A stretch of DNA of 64,000 nucleotides from Nitrososphaerales archaeon (GTDB lineage: Archaea > Thermoproteota > Nitrososphaeria > Nitrososphaerales > UBA213). Where the stretch lies: the NCBI GenBank assembly GCA_046759465.1, contig JBHICH010000004.1, positions 81-64,080 on the forward strand, given 5' to 3'. Shown here one piece after another: positions 36,257 through 45,469 of this stretch (the stretch's first letter is position 1; every line of letters starts with the position of its first letter). The notes beneath the pieces are model-generated. The model had not been told where the DNA came from, made no database searches, and saw nothing but the letters and a program-made list of their open reading frames with translations. A program made the translations under genes and the position numbers.

Positions 36257-37291
36257 TTATCCTTTCACGAGCAGTATTATTGTGTTGATAGATAACGTTA
36301 ACGGTATCGGATTTTCCATGTCGTGCCAAACAAATACTTCTGCAAAGTAGACTCCCTCTTCATCAGGAACCCATGATATACTAGGTGCAAATGACATGTT
36401 GGGGGTAAGCGTACCATCTACCCAGTTTATAGCTACTGGAAATCCATTGTTGTCCTTGATCTGCACTATATAGATGAACCCCTGGTCGGCAGATAATTTA
36501 TTCTTGAGATCGGACTTGATCCATACACGCTCTCCAGGCGCAGAGCTTCCTACGCCGTTGCCCTGCTGATCGACAAGCGAAAGCCTAGAAACGCCGACCT
36601 TGCTACCAAGATCTGATGGATTACTTATGCTCTGCACACCAAAAGGTGCAGTTGAATACTGATCTGATTCTGCAAAAAGTGTATAAGCTTGCACAGATGG
36701 AACCCTTTCGCGCACCTTCATTTCAAAATTGGCCTTACCATTCGGTTCAATCGAGATGAGATCAGCAGAGCCAGAACCGTAGCCTACGACCCTACCTCTA
36801 TCGTCATAGAAAGTGGCATACACCTTGATCGATGTTGCGTCTTCACTTCCGATGTTTCTGATCTCTCCTCTTACACTTACCTCACTTATTCCGTCTGAAA
36901 ATTCGCTAGTGGGAACTATCTCGAGCATTCCAGGTTTATCCTGTGCTCTGGCAAAGTTCACTATTTGAAGGTCGTAACTCTTTATGCTATACGCATAATC
37001 AGCCTCACCAACAATCATGAATGGCGACCTCTGGCCAGGTAGTATGAGATCTATAGCTGTGTTTGCTGAAGCCGAATCTATCACACTGCCAGAGAGATCC
37101 ATGAAATTCGCCTTTACCTCAACCGATTTGACTGGCTCCTTCCCATGGTTGATAACTTCACCTACTACGGCTGGCATTCCATTGGAGTTTATGTAACTTG
37201 AATAATTGAAAACCTGAATATTGGGAGCGCCATAGACTGGCACCACAAGTAAAGCACCGAGTAGCGCTAGTATGGAGACTACTCTCATCAT
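36257..37291 (-). CDS. exported protein with two tandem beta-sandwich repeats (FxLYD-like)
   Basis: 344 aa with signal peptide MMRVVSILALLGALLVVPVYG. Two repeats share the pattern G-E-[IV]-x-N-x-G-x(6)-[IV]-x-V-x-A-x-F-x-D..G.V[IV]...PG/PNG..F. Confidence 0.5.
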   Translation of the reverse strand: MMRVVSILALLGALLVVPVYGAPNIQVFNYSSYINSNGMPAVVGEVINHGKEPVKSVEVKANFMDLSGSVIDSASANTAIDLILPGQRSPFMIVGEADYAYSIKSYDLQIVNFARAQDKPGMLEIVPTSEFSDGISEVSVRGEIRNIGSEDATSIKVYATFYDDRGRVVGYGSGSADLISIEPNGKANFEMKVRERVPSVQAYTLFAESDQYSTAPFGVQSISNPSDLGSKVGVSRLSLVDQQGNGVGSSAPGERVWIKSDLKNKLSADQGFIYIVQIKDNNGFPVAINWVDGTLTPNMSFAPSISWVPDEEGVYFAEVFVWHDMENPIPLTLSINTIILLVKG

Positions 37292-37411
37292 AAACTTTCA
37301 TAAGAGAATTCAATTAAATATTGGTGAATTAAATTTTGTTGAGCGATTGCTCGTTGTAAATTCAAGTCGTCTCAAATAGTATATGACATCTATATGCTGA
37401 CAGTTCAAAAA

Positions 37412-37747
37412 TCAGAACAATCCCTTGAATTCTTCGGGTGCGACTGTCTTTACCTGCGCTTTCGAACTCACCTCGGCAAGTTTTGCATTTAGCCAGCTTT
37501 CAAACTTTTCATAATGGGTCCAGCCTTTTGCCTGCTTAAAACTTTCATAAAATTCTACCATTTTAAGTATAAATGATATGTCAAGGGAGATTGTGAAGAA
37601 AGTCCAACCGAAGTAATTTGATGGCTCCCCTATCTCCAATTCACTTTTATTGTGCAAACCCCATTCAATATCAGCTATAATATTTTCGATTATCCTCCTA
37701 TCTGATTCATAATTTAATGTGCTTACCTCAAAAGCCTGCTTGTTCAA
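37412..37747 (-). CDS. hypothetical protein
   Basis: 111 aa ORF with no recognised motif. Confidence 0.4.
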   Translation of the reverse strand: MNKQAFEVSTLNYESDRRIIENIIADIEWGLHNKSELEIGEPSNYFGWTFFTISLDISFILKMVEFYESFKQAKGWTHYEKFESWLNAKLAEVSSKAQVKTVAPEEFKGLF

Positions 37748-37833
37748 TTAATAGCAAATTGATCAAAATCATACTTAAAGCTTGAGTGAATTAGCTACGC
37801 TTTTATTGCGTAGAACTAGATGCTAGTTTAAAA

Positions 37834-38340
37834 TTGGCTACAAGAAAGGGAATAGCATTAACAGTGATAATAATTGGGGGATTTGTTGGAGCAAGTTTCC
37901 TGGTTTACTTCATACCAAGTCCGCCACAGGTCGAGATAGTCGGACCAAGTGACACAAAGGAACGGCTAATGCAGGTAATGGAGACAAGCAATGCTGTAGT
38001 TGATGAATTTCAATCAAACTTTGAGATGTGGAAGAAGGGTGAACTAGATAGGGATGGATTTGATGAAACAGCAACTGTTGCAATAAATCAGGTCGATGGA
38101 ATGATACTTGATTTAAGGCGAAGCAATATTTCAGAAGAGTGGATCGACAGTTACGATCTATACATTCAAGCTCTAGAAAATTACAGAGCATATTTTGAAA
38201 AGGGAAAGGACTATGTTAGTACCAAGTCTGCAGGTAATTTGAGTCCTGAGCATGGAAATAGTTTGTTTGATTCAATGCTAGATGCCCTAGATCAAGCAGA
38301 AGACCTTGCGCTGGCCTCCGATGTTGCTATGCCTGAATAG
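37834..38340 (+). CDS. N-terminally membrane-anchored protein, unknown function
   Basis: 168 aa with a TTG start. One N-terminal TM helix (IALTVIIIGGFVGASFLVYFI) is followed by a helical acidic domain. Confidence 0.45.
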   Translation: MATRKGIALTVIIIGGFVGASFLVYFIPSPPQVEIVGPSDTKERLMQVMETSNAVVDEFQSNFEMWKKGELDRDGFDETATVAINQVDGMILDLRRSNISEEWIDSYDLYIQALENYRAYFEKGKDYVSTKSAGNLSPEHGNSLFDSMLDALDQAEDLALASDVAMPE

Positions 38341-38372
38341 GTTAAATATTATAATTCTTAACAAGATCGTAA

Positions 38373-38603
38373 ATGAATGCTGTTACACTGATAACTGCAA
38401 GTGCTGGCAAGGTAGATAGTGTTGCAAGTAAAGTAAGGAGCATAAAGAATGGTGTTAAGGAGGTCTTGGTCGTTACAGGCAGGGCAGACATAGCTGTATT
38501 CTCAAAAGGTTCGATCAGTGACATCAATAATATAATTTTGAAGGTTGGAAAGATAAAGAATGTTCTTACTACGGAAACAATGTTTGAGGTTGAAGTCAGC
38601 TAA
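38373..38603 (+). CDS. stand-alone Lrp/AsnC-type ligand-binding (RAM) domain protein
   Basis: 76 aa with beta-alpha-beta-beta-alpha-beta-like periodicity and the V.V..G..D....... ....I..I.....V..T.T pattern of the AsnC C-terminal domain. No HTH is present. Confidence 0.65.
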   Translation: MNAVTLITASAGKVDSVASKVRSIKNGVKEVLVVTGRADIAVFSKGSISDINNIILKVGKIKNVLTTETMFEVEVS

Positions 38604-38822
38604 ATGGTCAAGGCAGTCATACTTGTTAAAGCCCCAAAAAGTCTGGTCGCATCTAAAGTGAAAGACATAGAGGAAGTTAGAGTTGCATTTAACATAAGTG
38701 GGAGGTTTGATGCAGTAGCATTGGTTGCCGTTAAATCTTTATCAGATCTGAAAAAACTAACTGTGAAGATTCAAAAGATACAAAATGTGCAAAGGACCGA
38801 AACCTTGGTACAGGTAGAATAG
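38604..38822 (+). CDS. stand-alone Lrp/AsnC-type ligand-binding (RAM) domain protein (tandem paralogue)
   Basis: 72 aa with the same pattern (SGRFDAVALV....L..L......IQ...NVQRTETLV). Its start abuts the previous stop. Confidence 0.65.
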   Translation: MVKAVILVKAPKSLVASKVKDIEEVRVAFNISGRFDAVALVAVKSLSDLKKLTVKIQKIQNVQRTETLVQVE

Positions 38823-38824
38823 GT

Positions 38825-39122
38825 TTATACTTCTTCGGCAACAAGGATTGTTAAATTGGGATCTAATGCAAACCCGTCTTTGGTAGCCTCCTTTGCTTCT
38901 TTACTTTCACTAGCCTTCTTCAAACTCTATGTCATCAAAGTACACTTCTACAACTTGGTAATAGTTGGCTTTGCCAACAGCAACTCCTTTGACTTTTGAT
39001 ACTGAAATCTTCCTTACTCCAGGTATCTTCTTTGCTAACGGTATGTGGGTATTCTTGTAGTATTCATCAAACTTTTCAGGATCTTCTATGTTGTTATATA
39101 GAACGATTAGTTTTGCTACCAT
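38825..39122 (-). pseudogene. EthD-family (TIGR02118-like) gene interrupted by a 1-nt frameshift
   Basis: The track ORF (38910..39122) ends ...VVEVYFDDIEFEEG*. Shifting one base at gaaggctag gives ASESKEAKEATKDGFALDPNLTILVAEEV*, which restores the family-typical ~98 aa length. Confidence 0.55.
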
Positions 39123-39149
39123 GCAGAGCCATAGATAAAACTCGTATAC

Positions 39150-40214
39150 TTACTTTACGCCGACAGATTCTGCAAGCTCTTTTCTGCAGGCAGGTGCTAA
39201 CACCTCAGCAGCATGCTCTGGGCTCACATTGTTCATGTAAACTCCGAATGCGCGCTCGAATCCTGACCAGTTAGATATTTGAGGATAAACTTCGACATGC
39301 CAATGTATCATAACATTGTTCTTCTTTTCTGGTGACAGATGGAATGCTAAGTTGAAGTGCGTGTCTTTAAGAGTTTTGCATAATCCTCCCAAAGTTGATC
39401 TGAGCATCAGGGCAAGATCGTTTATCTCCATCTGTCTTACAGATGAAAAAGTCGAAGAATGCATCTTTGGCACTATCCAGAATTCATATGGGTATGTCGG
39501 TGCCCAAGGACATATTGCCAAGAAATTCTGCGTTGACAATACTTCCCTTGGTCCATTTGATTCAAAATGAACTATGTTGCAAACGGGACATGCACCAGTT
39601 TCATCCATAAACTGACTAGAGGCTTCCGACTCCTTCATTATTGTAGGCGGAATCGTTGGAAATGTTACCAAGTTTATGTGCGAATGTTCTCTATTCAAAG
39701 CAGCATTCTTGCCGTAACTAGCAAATATAGAAACATAATTAACCTTTCTTTGCGAGTAAAGCCATTTAACTCGATCTTGAATAACAAGTAAAACATTTGC
39801 CCATTGTTCAACAGGCATATTCGACAGCTTCTGCTTGTGATCAGGCGCCGCAACTATAACATAGTGAAAACCATATGCAGGTTCGCGATACAACGGCTGG
39901 TCGCCATAGGCCAGATTCGGGGCAGTGCTTACAGCTGGCTCGTTGCTTGGAAATACCCTTACACACCAGTCCTTAACATAGTTGCCCTCAACATCGCTAA
40001 GCATCTGATACATACCATCTCGCTGAACCATTGCCAACACAGCGGGAGAAGTACGGTGCTCGTTGCCTGGACAGTAAAGGCAGGCTCTACTATGCTTCCT
40101 AGATTTACCATTCCCATGACCATTTCCATTCTCTGTAGGAACTACAACAAACCTATCTAGAAGATAATCCCTTCGTAGTTCACTTAGAGCCACCGAATCG
40201 GGTCCAGCCTTCAT
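39150..40214 (-). CDS. GalT-like HIT-superfamily nucleotidyltransferase (galactose-1-phosphate uridylyltransferase family)
   Basis: 354 aa with the Zn motif CLYCPGNE and an active-site region EHSHINLV aligned to the HPHGQ consensus. The second half-domain has HWHVEVYPQ. Confidence 0.75.
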   Translation of the reverse strand: MKAGPDSVALSELRRDYLLDRFVVVPTENGNGHGNGKSRKHSRACLYCPGNEHRTSPAVLAMVQRDGMYQMLSDVEGNYVKDWCVRVFPSNEPAVSTAPNLAYGDQPLYREPAYGFHYVIVAAPDHKQKLSNMPVEQWANVLLVIQDRVKWLYSQRKVNYVSIFASYGKNAALNREHSHINLVTFPTIPPTIMKESEASSQFMDETGACPVCNIVHFESNGPREVLSTQNFLAICPWAPTYPYEFWIVPKMHSSTFSSVRQMEINDLALMLRSTLGGLCKTLKDTHFNLAFHLSPEKKNNVMIHWHVEVYPQISNWSGFERAFGVYMNNVSPEHAAEVLAPACRKELAESVGVK

Positions 40215-40350
40215 CTCTGCTCAGTATAGTATACGATCACAGTTTATTTTAGGAATCCCCCGGATCATTGGGAAACAGATGTTCCAAAACGTTTCACTAA
40301 CGAATCTGTTGCATGATCAATAAATTTACGCTAGAACATTGATTATAGCT

Positions 40351-40575
40351 TTAAATGCTACAGTAGAATTTGTTGATCTTTAATTTACCAAGACGATTTG
40401 TAACATCATTGGCGTATGAATAGGCAGTACTCCTGGAAACATTGAACCTTTTTTGCGCTTCGTCCGCAATTCTTGTAAAATTTGAAATATCATTCTCCAT
40501 GGTCCACTGTGTAAGTGCAAGAATCCTAAGTTGCCTTGTACGCTTGTAGTGCTCCAGCAGCGACATATGGCCCAT
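40351..40575 (-). CDS. small helix-turn-helix protein
   Basis: 74 aa. FNVSRSTAYSYANDV is a typical HTH recognition segment. Confidence 0.45.
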   Translation of the reverse strand: MGHMSLLEHYKRTRQLRILALTQWTMENDISNFTRIADEAQKRFNVSRSTAYSYANDVTNRLGKLKINKFYCSI

Positions 40576-40788
40576 CTTGTATTGGTAAGATACAATATTT
40601 GTTCGTTACGTTACCGGGATATTATTGCTTAAGATAGAGAATTGAAGTTCTATGGGAAGTGAAGATCGTGATACTTTCAGAGATGCTATGAGATTATTGG
40701 AATGGTTTCAAACCAATTTCATACAAAAATTCAGACTAGTAGGCATGGTTAATATTTTTTGTTAGCTCTCAGATCTTTCATGATAATG

Positions 40789-40992
40789 CTACTTCCATAA
40801 CGCATCCCAGAACTGCCTAGTGCGTGCTTTACGTGGTGAACCACAATCCTTCGCTGCAATTTTTGCTTCTACCTCCACAAATGCATGATAAGTTCCTTTA
40901 GGTGTTTTCAAAATTAGATATTTTCTTTTCTTATCTGTCGAAGTAAAGGTTCTAATCTCTAAAGCATCATTTGGTCTTTTTAGTTTTAACAT
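40789..40992 (-). CDS. hypothetical small basic protein
   Basis: 67 aa ORF with no motif. Confidence 0.3.
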   Translation of the reverse strand: MLKLKRPNDALEIRTFTSTDKKRKYLILKTPKGTYHAFVEVEAKIAAKDCGSPRKARTRQFWDALWK

Positions 40993-41052
40993 TTCCTTTA
41001 AGTTTATGTTTGATATTAATAAAGTTTGATATTGTGCAATCGGCCAATCTAA

Positions 41053-41098
41053 AATCTTATAAAGATTAGATTATACTTTTGGTTAAGGGGAGGTCGAA
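41053..41098 (+). promoter_or_regulatory. 15-nt perfect palindrome (AATCTTATAAAGATT) plus GGAGG ribosome-binding site upstream of the pentapeptide-repeat gene
   Basis: Read directly: the palindrome lies at 41053-41067 and contains a TATA-like core. GGAGG lies at 41089-41093, 5 nt before the ATG at 41099. Confidence 0.4.
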
Positions 41099-41713
41099 AT
41101 GCAAACAGAACGAAAGCAAATGACAGGAGAAGATTTCATACGAAAAATATTAGAAGGCGAAAGAAACTTCTATGGAATCGAGTTAGAGTATAATTTTGAT
41201 TTAGGCAGTCATGAGCTTTTTGAAAATATGCAGGATTATTTAAGAAAACAAAATCTTGCGAAATTTCCAATTATCATTAATAATTCTGATCTTTCAGGTG
41301 TGAAAGCATCGGGACTATACTTACCTCATGCCAACTTTGAAGGTTCAATTCTTTGGAATTCGAACTTTGAATACTCAATCCTTAACTTCGCAAATTTTCA
41401 TAATGCAGACCTTACATACACAGACTTTAGACATTCAGAGCTTGATCACGCAGACTTTCGAAATGCGGTCCTTCAACATGTAAACTTCAAACATGCAAAC
41501 CTTTACTTCTCAGACTTTAGAGATGCGAACTTTGACTTTATCCAACTTTTTGGTGCGGACCTTGTACTTGCAGACCTTAGGGGTGTGAGAAATCTGCAAA
41601 AAAGTCTCAATCTAAGGTGTGCAACTTTTGCAGAAACAAAGGTAACGCCAAGAGAAGAAGCAATCATAAGAAACATTTCGGAAAATGGAAAATCATTTGA
41701 GGTAGAAGGTTAA
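41099..41713 (+). CDS. pentapeptide-repeat protein
   Basis: 204 aa with a long run of A(D/N)LxF-type pentads (ANFEGSILWNSNFEYSILNFANFHNADLTYTDFRHSELDHADFRNAVLQHVNFKHANLYFSDFRDANF...). Confidence 0.85.
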   Translation: MQTERKQMTGEDFIRKILEGERNFYGIELEYNFDLGSHELFENMQDYLRKQNLAKFPIIINNSDLSGVKASGLYLPHANFEGSILWNSNFEYSILNFANFHNADLTYTDFRHSELDHADFRNAVLQHVNFKHANLYFSDFRDANFDFIQLFGADLVLADLRGVRNLQKSLNLRCATFAETKVTPREEAIIRNISENGKSFEVEG

Positions 41714-41719
41714 TTTATC

Positions 41720-43186
41720 TTGCTTCTCCTTCATGGAATTACTACATTGAACAGAAGGTTCGATAGGCTCTATTTGCTACTCTTTTCAGTTCTAATTACA
41801 TTGTTGTTAGTATCTACAGTCTCCGCAAATTCACAACAAGTTTCTACTCAAAACCCAGACCTAGAAGTACATTTTATTGATGTTGATACCGGCGATGCCA
41901 TTCTAATCAAAGTTCTTGTAGAAGGTCAGAACAGATGGCTTTTAATCGATGGAGGTTTTGACGATTACGGAAAAAACAGGATAGTTCCGTACTTGAAGCA
42001 AAAAGGTGTTAAAGAATTAGAGTATGTCATTGCTACACACTACGAAGGCGACCACATAGGTGGTCTTGACGAGGTATTTTCTGAAGTTAATGTCAAACAT
42101 TTGTATGCAAGACAAGGGCTGCCTTTAATGGAGATAAATTCGCACGATTATAAAATATTCAAAACTTACAAAGCCTCGATTGCTGCTTATGTACCTACAG
42201 GAGAGCAAAGAGCTGCAAACATAGATTTAGGTCTTGCACACTTTGAACTGTTAACTGATGGTAGCAGACCTGATGAAGCAACGAAAGAAGAGGATGATGA
42301 GGATTTAAGGTCTCTGGTTTACCTGTTAACTTTCAACGAGAAATTCAATATTCTATTGGGAGCGGATTGCTACTCATACTGTGAACAGGAAATACTTGAC
42401 AAGTTAAAGGAAGTTCTCTTGTATAAGGTTCATTGGCATGGCAAAGATAAAAACGGACGATCTACTTCCTCCGCTTTACTGGAAAAAATTAAACCAGAAG
42501 CAAGTGTCGTTAGTGAAGGTGACTATAGCGGAAGACCGCACCAACCTGTTCTTGACAGGCTTAGAAACATCAACAGTAAGATATGTAGAACTGACCTACA
42601 CGGTAACATAATCTTTGCAATTAGTGGAAACAACTGGTCTATCAAGTCATCGAAGTTTAATGGAGAATGCCCAGATGTCTTCACTGTTGATTCATTTGGT
42701 AGCGCCAGGTGGCAGTTCTCCGAGGGTTTGGATGAAAAAATCTGGATCAAGATTAAAGATGCAGGTGACTTGATAAATGATAAGACCCAAGTTATTGCAG
42801 TTAGGCATAACGAGACAATAAAGGGAATCGATCTCAGCAAATACACTATTCATGCAAATGTGAGAGCCAGTGATGAACCTTTTCTGCTGGGCACTGTTGA
42901 TCGCCTAAAAATAGATTCCAAATTTGACCTAATAGTCGATTTCAACGGTGATAATGAACTCAGTGGTAATGACTTCAGAGAACGTTCTGCATTTCACAAA
43001 GGAAAAAAGAATGAAGCGTGGCCTTCTTTTAAGATAGTACCCAAGATTGTTGAAACCGATGGTAAATTGTCTATCTCTAGCTGGATTGATACTTTACCAT
43101 CCAATTTGATGGTTGGTATTGCTATAGGTCTTTCAATCGGAGCAATAGGCGTTGCAATCATGGCTATGGTTCGTAGAAGAAGGTAG
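41720..43186 (+). CDS. exported, C-terminally membrane-anchored metallo-beta-lactamase-fold protein of the ComEC C-terminal-domain type
   Basis: 488 aa with a TTG start and an N-terminal signal/anchor. LEVHFIDVDTGDAILIK...LLIDGG...ATHYEGDHIGGLDEV compares with the ComEC MBL consensus fLDVGQGDa...THxDxDHiGG. The C-terminal TM helix ends in RRRR. Confidence 0.7.
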   Translation: MLLLHGITTLNRRFDRLYLLLFSVLITLLLVSTVSANSQQVSTQNPDLEVHFIDVDTGDAILIKVLVEGQNRWLLIDGGFDDYGKNRIVPYLKQKGVKELEYVIATHYEGDHIGGLDEVFSEVNVKHLYARQGLPLMEINSHDYKIFKTYKASIAAYVPTGEQRAANIDLGLAHFELLTDGSRPDEATKEEDDEDLRSLVYLLTFNEKFNILLGADCYSYCEQEILDKLKEVLLYKVHWHGKDKNGRSTSSALLEKIKPEASVVSEGDYSGRPHQPVLDRLRNINSKICRTDLHGNIIFAISGNNWSIKSSKFNGECPDVFTVDSFGSARWQFSEGLDEKIWIKIKDAGDLINDKTQVIAVRHNETIKGIDLSKYTIHANVRASDEPFLLGTVDRLKIDSKFDLIVDFNGDNELSGNDFRERSAFHKGKKNEAWPSFKIVPKIVETDGKLSISSWIDTLPSNLMVGIAIGLSIGAIGVAIMAMVRRRR

Positions 43187-43198
43187 TTTTTTAATAAT

Positions 43199-43606
43199 TC
43201 ATTTCTTCTTTTTAGCGAGTTTCAGGGCCACAGAATTAATGCAGTACCGCTTGTACGAGGGTTTGGGCCCATCATCGAACAGATGACCCAGGTGAGCATC
43301 ACACTTGCTGCACAGCACCTCTACCCTTTGCATACCATAACTGTAATCAGATTTGTCTTTCACATTCTCTGTATCGATAGGCGCACAGAAACTCGGCCAA
43401 CCTGTGCCTGAATCGTACTTTGTCTCTGAACTGAACAACTCGTTGCCACAACACACGCACTGGTAAGTCCCTTCATCCTTGCAGCTGTTGTATTCCCCAG
43501 TGAAGGGTCTTTCAGTGCCTTTCATTCTACAGACTTCATACTGTTCTGGAGTAAGTTCTTCTTTCCACTCATCCTCTGTCTTAGACACAAATTCTTTCTT
43601 TGGCAT
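43199..43606 (-). CDS. msrB: peptide-methionine (R)-S-oxide reductase
   Basis: 135 aa with two CxxC Zn motifs ([17 protein letters not shown]) and catalytic RYCINS. Confidence 0.9.
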   Translation of the reverse strand: MPKKEFVSKTEDEWKEELTPEQYEVCRMKGTERPFTGEYNSCKDEGTYQCVCCGNELFSSETKYDSGTGWPSFCAPIDTENVKDKSDYSYGMQRVEVLCSKCDAHLGHLFDDGPKPSYKRYCINSVALKLAKKKK

Positions 43607-43993
43607 GATCGATTATTAGTAAAGCAAGTATTAGAAGATATTCCCAGACATCCTCATTTTAGCATAATAACTTGCAAGATTGTTTAATGGAGCATGATAT
43701 GTCACGTAAATCGGAGAAGAAATAGAATCATGAGTAACACTGCACCTATTACAACTACAATTCTTTTTATCCTTTTCAACTGTGGAGATCTACATATTTC
43801 CTAACATAAATTTGATACCTACTTACACTGATGACTTGTAATAAAATCCTTAGAAGAATTTTGTAATATCTTTTTCAAAGACTCATTTCTAGTAAATATT
43901 CTGTCTGCACAAGTCTTATCTGTCATACTATGATAGGACAAAATTAAGGGCCATGAGCAGATCTCAAGTACAGACTCCCAATGGGGGATTAAA

Positions 43994-45460
43994 ATGAGGA
44001 ATACGGGATTTAAATATAGGAAAGAAAAGAAGGGTGTAGCTGGTATAATTGGTGGCATATTCCTTGCCGCAATACTGTTCAGCAGTGTAGCTATCTTCTT
44101 CTTTACCATAGTGGAAGGAGAGAATACACGAAGCAAGGCCGAGATAAAGGCTCAATCATACAAGAACGAGAAATTAAAAGAGAATTTTGAAATTCAATCT
44201 CTTGCTAAACTTAGTAAGAATGATCATATTGAGATTCATGTAAATAACACGGGTGCAATTCCGATGACAGCGTCTTACCTTATGGTATACGATGCCAATT
44301 CTATTCCAATACTGCAAGGAACACCACTCATCGGTGGAAATCCATTAACTATCAATGCTGGACTGGGCGTGGAAATCGATACAGGTGACATTGATTCTGA
44401 TATTAAATTTCTATCTGACCCTCCTGAACCTTACAGAATAGATATAATTAGTGAGAGGGGCAATATTCAGAGCACAACATATCCACCTCCTGCAATAATA
44501 CCTCCAGAGCAACTTGAGGACGCACTCAAGCAAACAATCGAGGAGATAGATATAAATAAATTCGTAGTGGAGGATGTACTTGCACAAAATACCGGCTCGA
44601 TAATCCTAAATTACACCTTATTGGGAGTAATGTTTCCAGATCAAATAACTAGAGATGGAATTGATCAGACAGGTTGGGAGATCGAGCATAAGGGCATCCC
44701 CGGATATCCAGCGTTTCGTCTGCCTGCAGACGAGGAAACAAATCTGATAGTGAGAGTGAAAAATAGGGACCCGTCTGGAATGGACATGAATCTAATGCAC
44801 CATACAGGCATGGTCTTAACTATGAGTGGTGGTGCAAGTTTCGGCCAGACAACTGCCTACATTTGCAGCTTAGACTTGGCCAATCCTACAGTAAAGGTAA
44901 AGCAGTACGATGATTCTCTTCCAATTGTTCTTCCAAATGTTTACGGTGAACCAGATCCTGAGAAAGGCTGGGTCAATTTGACCTTCTGTGATTTGGATCC
45001 AAAAATCGGTACCTTCGACCCTCGGTGGAAGCCAAACACTTCCGATATGACTTTCTTTTTCATGGTTATACGCGGTCAAATGGAAAATGGGGAACCCTAT
45101 GCACAGACTATTCCCTATCAAGCTGTCTTGGTTACCGATACGATAAGTGATACTGGAAGTGCTTTTTATGCCTGCATCAAATCAGACACCTCAAATAACT
45201 GCTCCACCTCTGCTGGTGAAAAATACCAGGGGAGCCCCGGTGAATCTGTGTATGTGCGTGTTCAGACTAGTGATCCCCATCCATACACTGCTGATTGGAT
45301 TTACCCTGATGGCAAGTTCAAGAGACTAGGTGAAATTATATCTGGTGACACACTCTCAGTGAAGATTCCAAACAATGCAGAACCTGGTAAATATTACATG
45401 ATACAGGCTTCAGATGGAGAGGGTAATATACACTACATGACATTTTATGTGAAAATTTAG
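43994..45460 (+). CDS. large protein with archaeal class III (type IV pilin-like) signal peptide
   Basis: 488 aa. A basic leader ends KEKKG and is followed by VAGIIGGIFLAAILFSSVAIFFFTIV, the prepilin-peptidase substrate pattern. The remainder is unassigned. Confidence 0.55.
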   Translation: MRNTGFKYRKEKKGVAGIIGGIFLAAILFSSVAIFFFTIVEGENTRSKAEIKAQSYKNEKLKENFEIQSLAKLSKNDHIEIHVNNTGAIPMTASYLMVYDANSIPILQGTPLIGGNPLTINAGLGVEIDTGDIDSDIKFLSDPPEPYRIDIISERGNIQSTTYPPPAIIPPEQLEDALKQTIEEIDINKFVVEDVLAQNTGSIILNYTLLGVMFPDQITRDGIDQTGWEIEHKGIPGYPAFRLPADEETNLIVRVKNRDPSGMDMNLMHHTGMVLTMSGGASFGQTTAYICSLDLANPTVKVKQYDDSLPIVLPNVYGEPDPEKGWVNLTFCDLDPKIGTFDPRWKPNTSDMTFFFMVIRGQMENGEPYAQTIPYQAVLVTDTISDTGSAFYACIKSDTSNNCSTSAGEKYQGSPGESVYVRVQTSDPHPYTADWIYPDGKFKRLGEIISGDTLSVKIPNNAEPGKYYMIQASDGEGNIHYMTFYVKI

Positions 45461-45469
45461 GATAAGAAA

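Noticed and set aside
36108-36329. 73-aa minus-strand ORF
   Set aside because: It overlaps the 3-prime end of the convincing exported-protein gene (36257..37291) in another frame and has no features.
41089-41093. GGAGG Shine-Dalgarno as evidence of bacterial origin of the pentapeptide gene
   Set aside because: Archaeal 16S rRNA also ends in an anti-SD sequence, and SD sites occur in archaeal operons. It is therefore not diagnostic.
41330-41560. Periodic nucleotide repeats (cagactttag..., aaacttcaa...) that could suggest a repeat array
   Set aside because: The 15-nt periodicity is fully explained by the pentapeptide-repeat coding sequence. There is no spacer-repeat organisation, so it is not a CRISPR array.
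43819-44155. 105-aa and 63-aa minus-strand ORFs upstream of and overlapping the pilin-like gene start
   Set aside because: They have no motifs, overlap the plus-strand class III signal-peptide gene, and lie in an AT-rich promoter region.
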